Source: Blasia pusilla
Lineage: Eukaryota
Assembly: GCA_050084515.1 (NCBI GenBank)
Contig: CM114271.1
Span: forward strand, 18,600,001 to 18,664,000
DNA: 64,000 bases
Direction: 5' to 3'
Part shown: positions 25,201 through 36,960 of the stretch, one piece after another
Numbering within the stretch: position 1 is the stretch's first letter
Layout: every line of letters starts with the position of its first letter
Notes under the pieces: generated by a model
Told to the model about the DNA's origin: nothing
Databases searched by the model: none
What the model saw: the letters and a program-made list of their open reading frames with translations, nothing else
Position numbers and translations under genes: made by a program

Positions 25201-26638
25201 AAATCAAACGTCATTTCAGAGCGATGTGACTCTTGTCTAATGTTGTGCATGCTCTACTCAGGCAGCAAACTAAAGTATAGCTGCTGCTTTTTCTACAGAT
25301 CAAGGTCCTGCAGAAGCTGCTACAGGAAGTGGGCAGGTTGGCCACCCTACCTCTGGAGCAGCTGTTCAACATGGCCGTATGCTCTTGCAAGCTCACCATC
25401 AAGGCAGCATAGCAGCAGGTCGGAATGGTGTAGCTCAAAATTTGGAGGCTCTCTCCAGAGGGGGAGATGTAGGTAGTTCATCGGGGGGGGCAGCCCTTTC
25501 ATCTGGCCGTGTGCATTTGCATCCTTCTCATCAGAGCAATATCTTGCCAGGTCGCAGTATTTCTGTGCCAAATACTGATGCATCTTTGAGCATCGGTCAT
25601 GTGGGCATTCCATCAACTGGACGTGCTTTCCAAAGTCTCCCCTCTGGTCGAGTGCATCCACCATCTTCTCTTCAGAGCATTGCAGGGCCAGGGCGAAATG
25701 TCACCAGTAACACAGTCTCTGCTTTGTATCAAGGTACTGTTGCTGGTTCTCTAAATTTTACATCTAATGTAACTGGAAGAGGATTTCCAATATTCACTGC
25801 AATCCCAAACCCTTATAATTCGGCTAACTGTGTTGATCCAAGTAGCTCGGCGGTTTTAGGGCTGTGGCAAAGTTGCACCCCAGGCAGTTTGGCATCTCCA
25901 GTTGGCTTACAAAATATTACCCCTACTGCTACACCACCATGTTCCACCTTTGGCTCAACCGTGCAATCTGTGACGTTATCTGGTCGTCTTTGTGGTGAAC
26001 CGGCAACGAATTTGACTGGGGGTACAAATGAGGCACCCTGCACTTCACAGTCTGGTAGTGTACGTCATTGCATGTTCGACAACGTGTCCAGGTACCAGCA
26101 TCAGGAGACTGCAAGTATGCACTTGGAGTCTTTACAACATCGAAGAAGTTGGGGCTGTGGAGAAACGGGAAATACCATAAGGGTCTCCTCATGCACAACC
26201 AGTATGGAGGATCCTTTCTCCTCCTCTCCTACTTCAGAGCAGAGACCTAATTTGAGTGGCCAAGCATCTGGAAGGACAACATCACCCATAGAGAATTTAC
26301 CGCTTGTAACAGAGGCTGTATTAGTGTCTGTGAGTCCACATGCCTCTCCTCCAAGAGAACGTGGCATGACAGCAGAAGAGCTGCGTCATGGTGGTTTGCC
26401 CCAGATCAGAAATATGAATCTGATGACTGGGTCGTGTACTACAGGAGATTGGAATAGTGGGGCGTTGCAGTCATCTGCAAGTCTGGGCGTGTCTACAGCG
26501 GCTGCAGTTAATGTGAGCAGATCATCAAGGGAGCACGACTTGCAACGAGCGTTTGCTGCTGTTGATGGTCCAATTGGAACCCCCACACCGCCTTCAAACG
26601 TAGACCCAGATATAATCTGCTTGTCAGATGATGATTAG
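2..26638 (+). CDS. MOM1: MOM1-like (CHD3-derived) transcriptional silencing factor, multi-exon, 5'-partial. Proposed join: <2-1201,1354-1578,2114-2163,2633-3046,3316-3546,3891-4593,4957-5241,5717-5875,6158-6418,18791-18928,19430-19767,20067-20243,20667-21938,22159-22263,22548-24467,24788-24995,25299-26638
   Basis: GT-AG junctions with consistent phases, traced by hand; the one exception is exon 19430-19767, which is 1 nt short. Motifs: PHD, two chromodomains, SNF2-like IVDEGH and CCNHPYL, CMM1-like [15 protein letters not shown]2-like [14 protein letters not shown]...NRRLAEAL, C-terminal IICLSDDD. Confidence 0.88.
3316..4593 (+). CDS. MOM1: MOM1-like exons 3316-3546 and 3891-4593: PHD finger and chromodomain 1
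   Basis: Splicing gives [45 protein letters not shown] (C4HC3) and [16 protein letters not shown]. Confidence 0.92.
4957..5241 (+). CDS. MOM1: MOM1-like exon: chromodomain 2
   Basis: [15 protein letters not shown]...[23 protein letters not shown] acceptor and GAG|GTAT donor. Confidence 0.92.
5717..6418 (+). CDS. MOM1: MOM1-like exons 5717-5875 and 6158-6418: degenerate SNF2 N-terminal lobe
   Basis: [15 protein letters not shown]...[18 protein letters not shown]...RPILILVP...WEAEL...VQIVLTTFE aligns by eye with CHD3 SNF2 motifs, but the GKT P-loop is absent. Confidence 0.88.
6958..7317 (-). repeat. Copia 3' LTR (360 bp)
   Basis: TGTTGAAC...TCTAACA; direct repeat of 17002-17361 with about 33 substitutions counted by eye. 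Confidence 0.95.
10655..16059 (+). mobile_element. Non-LTR retrotransposon (LINE, RTEX-like), near full length, frameshifted, nested in Copia gag
   Basis: (CT)n 5' end; coiled-coil ORF1 at about 11364-12428; APE endonuclease ([21 protein letters not shown]); RT ([25 protein letters not shown]); C-terminal RFRCGS...RLCRFC...[15 protein letters not shown] plus (TTCA) tail; CCT on both flanks. Confidence 0.92.
16990..17001 (-). promoter_or_regulatory. Primer-binding site (tRNA-iMet type)
   Basis: Minus strand reads TGGCATCAGAGC directly after the 5' LTR; canonical form is TGGTATCAGAGC. Confidence 0.85.
17002..17361 (-). repeat. Copia 5' LTR (360 bp)
   Basis: Direct repeat of 6958-7317; adjacent primer-binding site on the minus strand. 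Confidence 0.95.
18791..21938 (+). CDS. MOM1: MOM1-like exons 18791-18928, 19430-19767, 20067-20243, 20667-21938: Walker B region and degenerate helicase C lobe
   Basis: [31 protein letters not shown]...[36 protein letters not shown]. Confidence 0.88.
22159..26638 (+). CDS. MOM1: MOM1-like exons 22159-22263, 22548-24467, 24788-24995, 25299-26638: CMM1, Q-rich region, CMM2 coiled coil, C-terminal SIM-like motif
   Basis: [75 protein letters not shown]; ends DIICLSDDD*. Confidence 0.87.
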
Positions 26639-27364
26639 CGAGCATTGCAAGAGGTGCAAGGGAGCCCTCGGCTCTTTTGTTACGTTGATGATCAGCCGCT
26701 TTTTGGCTAACAGTTTTGTTATTTGCTGCTAGTTTTATTTGGTGGCTACATTGTTTGCTAGGTTCGCACAACGCTAGCTTTACCTAGGGTCTCTAGAAGT
26801 GAAAGTGTATCATAGTCCTGCGAATTTAGTTGTATAGGAAGGGAAAGTGCTAGTACATTCACTTCCCATGAAAGATCTATAAAATGGATTGTTCATGGTT
26901 ACATTGAGTGTTTGATGGTGGGTGGAAAGATCCTTGACTACACACTGTAGAGTATTTTGCAACTGCTGTCGGAATATAGTATGAAACATTGCTAGCCATC
27001 TCTCATTCCTTCAGGGTAGGTGTTAGAGAACGGACTCAAGGATGGAGAGTGCAGGTTTTTTCATAGCTCCAGCAGATGGAAATCATCTCCACATCATTTC
27101 AAGTCCAAACATGTGAAAGCGGTAGTGAATGTCCGCCGCCTTTCACTCAAAATGGAGTACGAGGGTTGGAGAGGAAGGGAATGGGATCTCAGATAGGATA
27201 GTGAGGGATGGAGATGAATGGAGTATGAAGAGGAAGGGCGAAGAGGATATGGAAGAAGTAGATAGAGCACAATAGGAGGGATGGAAAGGGAGTGGTAGGA
27301 TGTAGAGACCAGAGAAGTAGAAGAGAAAGGGATGGAATAAGAAGCGGAGAGGCGGTGAGAGATT

Positions 27365-28028
27365 TGTAAATGAATGAGTAGAGATCAATGGTTTATTTTA
27401 GAATCAGAGTTTCTCTACAACCTAGCTATTACAAACACACTTAGTGCAATAGCAACCACTCAGGTTAGATTGTAGAGGAAAGAGCTAGACAACCTGCATC
27501 ACCAGATCACCTTGCATTCTCAAGCACACTTAGTGCAATAGCAACCACTCAGGTTAGCAGCAGTAGACATCTCAATAGCAACCACTCAGGTTAGTACTAC
27601 TATACACCTTGTATCACAAGACTCACTGAACTCCTCAAGTCAGCAGACCTCTCAGTCTGTAAGCAGCAGCACACTCAGTGCTTAGCACACTGAACTACTA
27701 AGGTCAGAAGCACAATCCACTCAGGTAAGCAAAGCACACTCAGTGCTTCTCAATCAACTCCTCAGCTCAGAGAGTTGTGTCCAGAAAGGTATAAGAGAAT
27801 GTAAATTCGCAGGGCACCCTCAGAGGGTTATATACAGCCAAGAGAATGAGTTTCTAAGTTTTAGGGTTTTTAGGGTTAGGGCCTGCCGCCCATAGTAATT
27901 CTCAGAATTACTGAGGTAACTCTATGGTAACAAGAAATTACTATTTACTGTGGTAAAACACTAAGTTATTATAGTAATTCTTTCAGTTACTTTTCACTAT
28001 AGTAAACTCCAAGTTACTATGTTTTACA
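27365..28028 (-). mobile_element. Probable solo LTR inserted in a purine-rich tract
   Basis: TGTAAA...TTTACA termini. On the minus strand: telo-boxes, TATATA, internal repeats (CAATAGCAACCACTCAGGTTAG x3 on +), then AATAAA. No clear TSD. Confidence 0.45.
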
Positions 28029-29440
28029 ACAGTTTAAAAGGGAAAAGAAAATGGGATGGAAAAAGAGGGGAGAGGAGGTGAGAAGTAAGTGTAGGATTGA
28101 GGGATGGAGGGAGAGAAAGTATAGGAGTGAGGGATAGATTAGAAAAGGAAGATGGGAAAGGGCAACTCGTAAGGGGACAAGGCTAGTACTAAGGGATGGA
28201 GAAGATTCATCCCTAAACCCTACCCAATGGCACTGAAAGACCAGGAAGATTACTCAATCCTTTCTTCTGGCATCTATCATGGTTGGAAACCAATTCAACA
28301 TGGTAAAGGATGAATGAGAGTTTTTACACCCTTCATAAAGTTGAAATTTCAATGTAGGGATGAAAAATTTGCAAATTGTAATGAGGTTACTATAGGTAGC
28401 ATCAAATGGGGCTACAACACTTTGAAAATTTATTGTATACATATTGTAAGGCAGTTTTCAACATTTATCACGCTGAAAACCTCCAAAAGGAGAATACTTC
28501 AATTGTTATAATATTTGTAACAAATTTGACTACCATCAGCTTTAGGATTTCTTAATGTGGTATTAGAGATCGAGGACCCTAATACCAAATCCTACTAGAA
28601 TCATGATGGGAATGACTCTAGGCAACCATCTCTTCATTCCTATCATGCAAACACATATCTCTAACCAACATATGTCACTTGTCATCAACAAGTACCCAAA
28701 CTTTGTAAAACTTGCAAATCTTGGATCATCTATGCTTGAACAATTATACAAGCCCCAAAACCTTGATAATATCTATACATCAATTCTATAAAGGGAAGCA
28801 ACTTCTAGTGTCTTAGCTCTCCATTCACTTCGAACTCGGCTTAGGTACATTACATATACATGTTGTGTTGATAATAATGAGATGTTGAGTCAATACACAA
28901 CAAAGACATTCAAATATGTAAAATGAATAACAATCCTAGACTTTAAGCTAATGCACTAACATAGCCATGTTAGAATGTATTATAGATTTCCTTCATACCT
29001 CAAGAGAGGCATTGGAATCTTGGATGAGCCTCCTTAAGGGTATACTTTTTTGGAGTAGTTCCATGGTAACTTGTGTGCTTATGTGACCATTCTAAAATTA
29101 AGACACTATCAATCTAGAGTACACAATATACTCTTTCTCTAATAAGAGGAAGGATGGACAACAAGGCTTCCATAGGCTCAAGTAAAACAGGTATATGCAT
29201 GCTACACAAAAATGTGCCACCAAACACATACGGAAAGGTGACATGTACACACATGTCACCATGGTCTTCCAAAATGAGTACTAATTTGCTAACCAACATA
29301 CTTTGTTAACAACATATAACTCCGGGCTATATTTGGAAGATGATATGGTGTATATTTATGCGTACGATCTTTCCAAATCATATTTATACATGATGTCTTT
29401 CCAATACTCAATACGAGGACTTGTGAAGTCATAAGCTCTC

Positions 29441-30805
29441 TGTGACGTCTTTTAGGATAGATCGATGAGATCTAGTAGAGCGCCTTCGTGAGTAGTGAAG
29501 GACAGGCTCAGTAGGTGGAGGATGACCTGTTGAGACCCCGGGAAACCTCAAAGAGCAGGTTTCCCCTTCGTTTGGCTCATTTGGAGCCATATTGTGAAAC
29601 TTATAATTTTAGGTAAATACGATTTTGAGTATATGATCGACTTTTTATTTTTTGTAAGTGGCCCTTGATCTCCTACATCAGGTCAAGAGCCAAGGAGGTG
29701 ACTTGGGAAAATAGATTACCATGGAGAGAGCTTGGGAGAGGGAAGGGGTATACCTCAAGGAGAGAGAGTTTGAGAGCTCATTCTCTCTTTGTTGAACCTC
29801 TTGGCATGAGGCGGCGGAGCTATGGTCCCTTGCCTTGTGAGTGTAATCCAAGCCTCTCATTAGGAGAGTGGGTTTGGTTTGACATGAGAGAGAGTGCACA
29901 ACTTTGAGAGCTATGGTGTGAGATGGTGTAGAGAGAGATTGGATCTTACTTTACAAAGAGAGAATGAGAGAATGAGAGAGCTTAATGGGGGAGCTCGCTA
30001 GTCACTCGCTGCTTTTGCAGGTTAGGGACAGTGTTCCCCGTTCAACGGCGCATGGGAGTGCTCACTGGAGCAATGGCTGCTTTGATTGTTCTTTGCATTT
30101 GTCGATTTTTCGTGTGGAAGAGTGGCACGCGGAAGCGCTGCCCAATTTCTAATAGGGATTGATTATAGGGGCGGGTTGCCCCATGCCAAAGCTCTCAAGA
30201 GCACCATGTAACTTGCTGATTTGAATTTTTACAGGTCTACATTTTCGTTGGGAGAAATCACCGCGGAAGCGCTGCCAAATTTTGTGTAGGAGAAAGAGAC
30301 ATTAGGCTTTACGATAGTCCCCATCAGTTTTTATTGGAATGTCCAAATCCAAATATTTTTTAAATTTTATCGTAGATCGTGAAGTTGTGCATGTTGTGCA
30401 AAAAATGGTGTACAATTTGGAGTTGCGAGTAAAAAGTTATGGCCAATCTTGCAAAATTTCCATTGCTAGGCAATCTTTAGGGTTAAATTGTTAAAACCCT
30501 AAACCAGCCGCCACGCGGGCGGCGGCCGTCACCGTCATAGTTATCGTCACCGGTCAACGGTCACCATCAATGATCAACCATCTGCGTCAACGGTCTGTCG
30601 TCACCATCAACGGTCAATCGTCACCGTCAACGGTTCACCGTCCACCGTCGGCCGTTGCGGTTGCCCAACGTTGCTCAGAGTTGCATTTGGTCGTTGTCCA
30701 CCCTTTGGTTGCCATTGCCGCCATTACGAAGTGGAGGGTCTTCCACGACCACCGTTGATTCTCTGACTTGCGCCGCCACCACGTACTTTGGTTTGCTGCC
30801 ATCAT
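29441..30805 (+). mobile_element. Truncated left end (A repeat plus 5' leader) of the DNMT-Gypsy family
   Basis: Starts TGTGACGTC; colinear with 45794-47140 and 57614-58925. Confidence 0.9.
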
Positions 30806-33800
30806 CTACACTAACCTCATCTCAACTGATCCAATAGCAACACAAGGAAGATGAGGTAAAGGATATATACAACAGACAACAAAAGAGAGAGAGATTGTGC
30901 AGAAGAACCCCTCTCAAGGCTATACTAAATTAAATTCAAAATTTTTATTTTTGTAATTGTTAAATTTTGACGGGAATTCTTACTAGTGTTCAATTAAGTT
31001 CGGAGGCTTGTGTTCAAGTTGGACTCTCCCTCCCGCTCGGCGATGATCCCATGTTTATTTGAGGATTTTTAGCATCAATAAAGTGGAGGGCAACACTCTA
31101 GCATCATGTGGTAACCAAATATAATCACCTTGCACTGTAACCCCACTTCTTCTCCCAACCCCACGTCTTCAACACATCAATGTTTCTTACATTGGGTGCA
31201 TAGCTTTAGAGCAAGGTGCAAGGCAAGGTGATAGTACAAAGCGATTCCACGAACCGTCACTAGGCAAAATGAGAATGGAGATTAGGGTTTAGGGGAGAGG
31301 TAGGTCATTCCAAGCTGATTACTCTAAATTTCCCCAAAGGCTATCTCCGTAATACACTACCCTTGGATCTACAAAATATAGAGATGCAATTTCATCTCCC
31401 ATCACCACCAGATCTCAAAAATCTTAAAACCAGATTGGTTATAGACATGGATTTGCAAGGAGCACTACTAATGGTGAAGCAACAGAGTGGGATCGATGAT
31501 TGGGGTTGGGGAACTAGTTCAATTAGAAGGTTGGGCCAAGCCGCCATTTGCAAATCCCTCCATCGTCCATTACTCCCTCATTGGGATAGGATGAATGCAT
31601 CTTCAATGGACATTCCTCATGTATGGATTTTCATACAATGCATACATGAGGAATCTCCAAATATTTCTCAAGATATCGGAAGGGGGAAGGGGAAATAGAA
31701 TTTATTTTCTTCCATTTCGTGTTCCTGCAAGGGAATAGAACGGATAGGTAGAAATGCGTCCACAATCGGGGAATTGGATTATGGAGTCAAGAGAGGGATT
31801 CACAAGTAGGATAAGGGGTTCAAGGGTTCCCATTCTGTGGGAACCCCTAAGCTTGGAGCCATAAGGGCTCCGGGCTCCGGAGATATTACTCTCCCTTGCT
31901 CGGCCACCTCTCAATTGTGGATTTCTCCCCCGATAGTATTGGAAGGAAGCGTAACCTCAAGAAAACTCATGTGAAGCAAACAGGCACACAAGACACAATG
32001 GAAAGTTTTGTCTTCCCCTAACCATAACTATATTTGTTGTCCACGTACTCACTTGAACAATGGTCTTATATGTCACAAAACTTTACGTTTAATACATAAC
32101 ACTCTCATTATTGCTTCTCTCGAATGTTGGTCTTGTGTGTTGTGAAAGATTGGGTTGAGTACTTCATATTCTCATTACTCTTCAACATCCAAACACATTC
32201 ATTTTGGCGTGGTTTTGGTTTAACCAACTTTTTGTGTCCCAAGTCTAGATCTTGAACAACTAGGAATTGAGGTATCCACATGGTTCAAGTAGGAGCCCAT
32301 TTTTTCCAAGAGCCACTACTTTGCCAGTCCATAAAAATTTCTAATTCATGAGCTCGCTTCGTGAAACTCTATTGCGGTTTCATGAAACTTTGCGAGTCCA
32401 TACAACCATTCTATCATTGTGACTATGGTAACTTGCTCTATGCTCGCAACTAACTGACAAAGGTGATTGCAAGTCACACTTATAAATAGTAGCGCTGGAG
32501 AAACGCACTTTGCGACTATGAAGGCTTGCAAGAGACACACAACTTGCAATTAGTTTTTGAGTCCTAGCACCAAATTCTTGGACATAAATTCCCCATTTGC
32601 CTCCAAACCACACCATCCTCACTTTGCCTCCTAATTTTTTGCGACCCATTTCCTCACTTTACGACTAGTTTATTTCTATAATAGAGTTAAATCTAGAGAT
32701 GTTTTCGGGTGGAAAGTTTATTTTTTAAGTTGAAGGATAGGTTATCCCACATGGATGTATGTCTCCTACTCTCAAATATTAGCGATCTTGATAGCATCTC
32801 TACGCAACCAAACACTCCAACAACTAACCAACATCCACAACCTCTACCAAAATTTTGGTAGGCGATTGAATGTGAGGGAGGAACCACCATGGAAGGGCTC
32901 CCAAGAGCACATAAGTGCTCTATTTTTTTGCATTTTATAGTTGTGAAGATTTTTGGGGAATGGATGCGTGTGAAAGAATTGCTAACTTTTTGTTGGATTT
33001 GGGACCATAAGATGACCAAACACCACTCTCAACAACAAGTTTGAGTTTTGATTTAGTGTTGAGTTCCTCATGTCATAAGACCAAGAGCTACACTTATTAT
33101 CATCTATATGGCATGATTTTTTGATTGGTGAGTGTGCTTCAATGCCTTCCATACATCTAAGAGAAGAATTAGGGTTTTCTTTGTGAGGTGAAAATTTATT
33201 CTTGGCAAGTGTTGAGTCAAAAAATAAATTTATTTATTTATTTATTGGGGGGGAATGTTGGAATGGCATGATTATTTATGGAAGTAGAACCCCCCAAATT
33301 TAGGGGATATTTGAGTGAATTACCCCTCGTCAAGCCCCTAAGGTTGCATGTGGACTTACATCCGTCCTATAGAAGGACTTGTCCATATTGCCCCCATCTC
33401 CCCCTTCTTTCTCAACCCTCCCACTTGCCTTCGTGATCCGCAATTTCTCTTTTCTTCCTCCTTCTACCTTCATTCCCTTCCCCCTTATTACCCCCCTTGC
33501 CCTTGCCCTTGCCCTGCCTTCCACTATGAACTATGAGTGTGGGCCCCATATTTTGCAATCCATGTCGGTGGACACGTCCAAACTTGTCCGTCCATGTCTG
33601 TCTTTGTCTTAGGGACAGACTTGTATGTTTGTGTGCAACCATGCGAGCCCCGTAGTGGCCACCGATGGGGGTTGTGTTGCCCTGCCTAGTTGCCATCCAT
33701 AAAAATTCAACAATTGTTAATCATTGTCCTCTTGCCATTGCTATGGTAATGGCCATTTTTTATAGTTGTCCAATCCCTGTCAATTTTTTTACCACCTCCG

Positions 33801-36074
33801 CCACCAAGCTATTGACGTTACGGTGTTTCTAATTGCCACCAAATACAACCCTATGTATAGATAGATTGGAGCCGAGATGATGGGAAATAGTTGTCAGAAA
33901 ATAGATTGGTCAACCATTGGAAATATTGTCAAAATTTGAGGGATAGTGGTGAGTACTTTGAATCTTTTAATTTATCACAAAAGCCTTGGTTTACTCTTAT
34001 TGTTGTTCTTATCAAATTGTCAATTGGTGCCAAGAATAAGTGGATCAACTTTTCATTTCCATTGATTTGTACAAATATATTGTAATTAGTAACACATATA
34101 TCTAAACCATGATTTTATCCTTGACAAATGAAGGAGTTAAATCTATCAAAAAATTCTTGAATTCATGTTTGTGTTTGAGATTTCCTCCGCATTTTTGGAT
34201 TTTGAAATTTGGCGATCTTAGGTTTTAAGTTAGAAAAAATAGAATCGAGACAAAAAGACAAGTGAATGATACTCAATCCCCAATTTATGGACTCTCAAAC
34301 AACTATTGATGTGAAGGTCGTGTGGAAGAAGAACTTTAGTAATTTGGTGTATCTTTTAAGTTGTATGATTCTGATTTACCATTTGATTTGAAAAAGATTT
34401 TGATTCTCTACGGAGTGGGATTTTGCCATAAGTTTGTTGGCCTAACGTTATGCAATATTGGACTATACCTTTTAATAAGTGCTTTTCTCATGGAAAATTT
34501 TACCTTGTCCTAACTAGAATAGATACTAGAAGTTGCAGCATGTTAATGTTGGGAAGTTTTATATTTTATGGGCATCAAGAAAATATCCCCAAGAAAAAAA
34601 GAATTATGTACAAGATGATTAATCTTTTCATCCCCATGCATGACACAGGCTGCCCACTAATGTTTCTAATTTGTACCTCCTGTAATCCTAATCTTCAATT
34701 TTAGGCCAACCTGGTTTTGATAAGGAAACTCAGATATCAGCGTAAAAGTGTGTGGATGGTAAAAGAGGTCCAATCATACACAACAGCTTTCGCACTTTCG
34801 ATGTGTTGTCAAATACACAAACTATTCTCACTAGTCCTTACACTTTTTGATGCACTCTGATCTTAGAAGATGTTCATTACACATTCCAAGAAAACAGAAA
34901 CTTTTGTCACAAAATCAGAAACTGTTCTCACTAGTCCCACCCTTTTCGAAAAGGCTTTACTTCTTTAGGATATGATTGAAAAGGGCTTTACTTCCTTATG
35001 ACAAGGACTACCTAAAGAAGGATCTCTTCATTGCATTGAGACATTACTTCAGCTGATTTCACTAACATATTTGTTACTTTTCAGTTAAAATGATAATATC
35101 CATCCATAATTAGATGTCATGAATCCTTTCGGGTTGTTTTCCACATTCATTCTCACAGATCATTTACCTTCTATCTACTACAAAGCACTTTTTGCTATAA
35201 TTTTATGACGTGTTTTCTTAAATAAACACACTACCAACACTTCCTCCCATCTCCAACCACCACTCACTAAAAGCTGGTTGGTGAAGTCGCACATTATCCT
35301 CCAAATTTAGACTCTTGCAGAGGTTGTAAATTTCAAAATCTTCAATGCAGATCATCAATAGGATCTTCCTATCCCGGCTCTAATCTTCGACTGTTTAATA
35401 TTTCTCATCGAAAAGAATCTTTCTCTTTTATTAAAAAAAAATTTGGACAACTTGCAGGCAATATCCAAGACTACCGCAAAAGAACTAGTAGGAGAAAATT
35501 GCCACAACAGACCAAAAACCTGAGAAGCAAATACTTTTCTAACTGGTTAGACTAATATATATTCATGCATTGATATGCTTGAAAATAGATGCCACAAGCA
35601 AAATATAACCGAAGGTAGATCCCAATTTGGTACAGATAATCTCCTTAATTTATCTTGCACTTTCAGTCGGAGTACAGCAATCAAAGCTTCACAATCTGCA
35701 TCAGTCATCTCCAAAAACTCTATCGAGGTTCTGGTTCCTCGAACTTGGATGTCACATTTTAATCTTGCTGATACTTCTTCATACTTTTGGCTGTGCTCCA
35801 AATTGCTCTTCTTATGCTCAGTGCTGGAGCCACCACATGGGACCGTGCGAGGTTTTCAATGAAACATTACAGACCTGTCTGAGAAGGGTAAAGACTATTT
35901 TAGTGCCCTGCAAATCATCCAAAGAAGGGTCTTATTCATCAACTCATTGCAAAGCCCTGTAAAGAAAAAATTCAAATCAACCAAAGAAGAAGTTTTTCCC
36001 TACAGAATGAACAAAATATTTCCCATTTGAGGAAAGAAATTGTATCCAATCCTTATCCATCAGATGGTAGTCCC

Positions 36075-36960
36075 TATATGCAGTAGAGAATTGCAACCAG
36101 AAAAAAGTTACTAACAAGAAGAACAGTGAATTAAGCACAACTCGCACCAGATCCCATTTGAAAGGTTGCCAGGAGGATTTGCACTTTGAGTTGCCCATCC
36201 AACTTATTCCATTGCACCATTGAACAACAAATCTAGCTTCTTTCACCCAGAATGTATAGTAATTTATATTCATAGGTTCCACCTGTTAACTCTGCTTCCC
36301 AAATTTGAATTTCCACCAGTGGCACAAAACAGGAATCAGTCTAACAACCATATTTCTCCTTGACAGAACACAGAAGAGCGACTGCAGTCATCCATTACCC
36401 AGAACCGACATGAGCTCAAGCCTAAGACACCAGTTCCAAACATCCAAGTGGCAATCTTTGCATAGCAAACACATGTAAATACAAGACACTTCAATCTTAA
36501 ACTCACTGACAAAAGAATCTATAAGCAAGAAAGAAATTTTCATTTAAATCACCTCTAAATATTTCCAGCACGCGCACATGGTGATTCAGCAGACTCGAAC
36601 TGATGTTGTTTCCTACCTATTTTGTCATTAGAGATTAAACCCAGAGATGATTTGTGGCACAGTTTTCAGCTACACACGGTGAGCTACCATGATGAAAAAC
36701 CTCAGAGCATGCAAAAAGAGACTCTTCAAATCATAGCCGGAGAAATGACAGGGGATTAAACAAGGTTATCAGTATTCAGTGGAAAGTGTCCAAGTTTTCC
36801 GAAATACCTTTTCATCTTCATCCACCAGAATGATACTCCTTTCAGGGTGCCATCTTTCACGACGTAGATTCAATTTGTACAGCTGTGGTGGGAAAAACAC
36901 CCTTCCTGGAATACAATCTGGTCGGCTCTCCAGTTTCACAACTTCCATCTCTCGCTCAAT
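36075..36960 (-). pseudogene. Decayed inverted duplicate of MOM1 segment ~5720-6495 (two exons plus intron sequence)
   Basis: VKLESRPDCIPG...QLYKLNLRRERWHPERSIILVDEDEK matches exon 5717-5875. Nucleotide matches continue into the intron (CTGATAACCTTGTT) and the next exon (TGGGAAGCAGAGTTA, AAAGAAGCTAGA, CTCAAAGTGCA), with frameshifts. Confidence 0.88.

Noticed and set aside
27436-27745. Interspaced direct repeats superficially like a CRISPR array
   Set aside because: Irregular spacing, degenerate units, eukaryotic LTR-like context and no cas genes.
27858-27881. TTTAGGG repeats as an interstitial telomere
   Set aside because: Only about three imperfect units; better read as telo-boxes within an LTR-like element.
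28250-34700. Short ORFs in AT-rich intergenic DNA (outside the 29441-30805 repeat)
   Set aside because: No convincing protein motifs; probably old TE debris.
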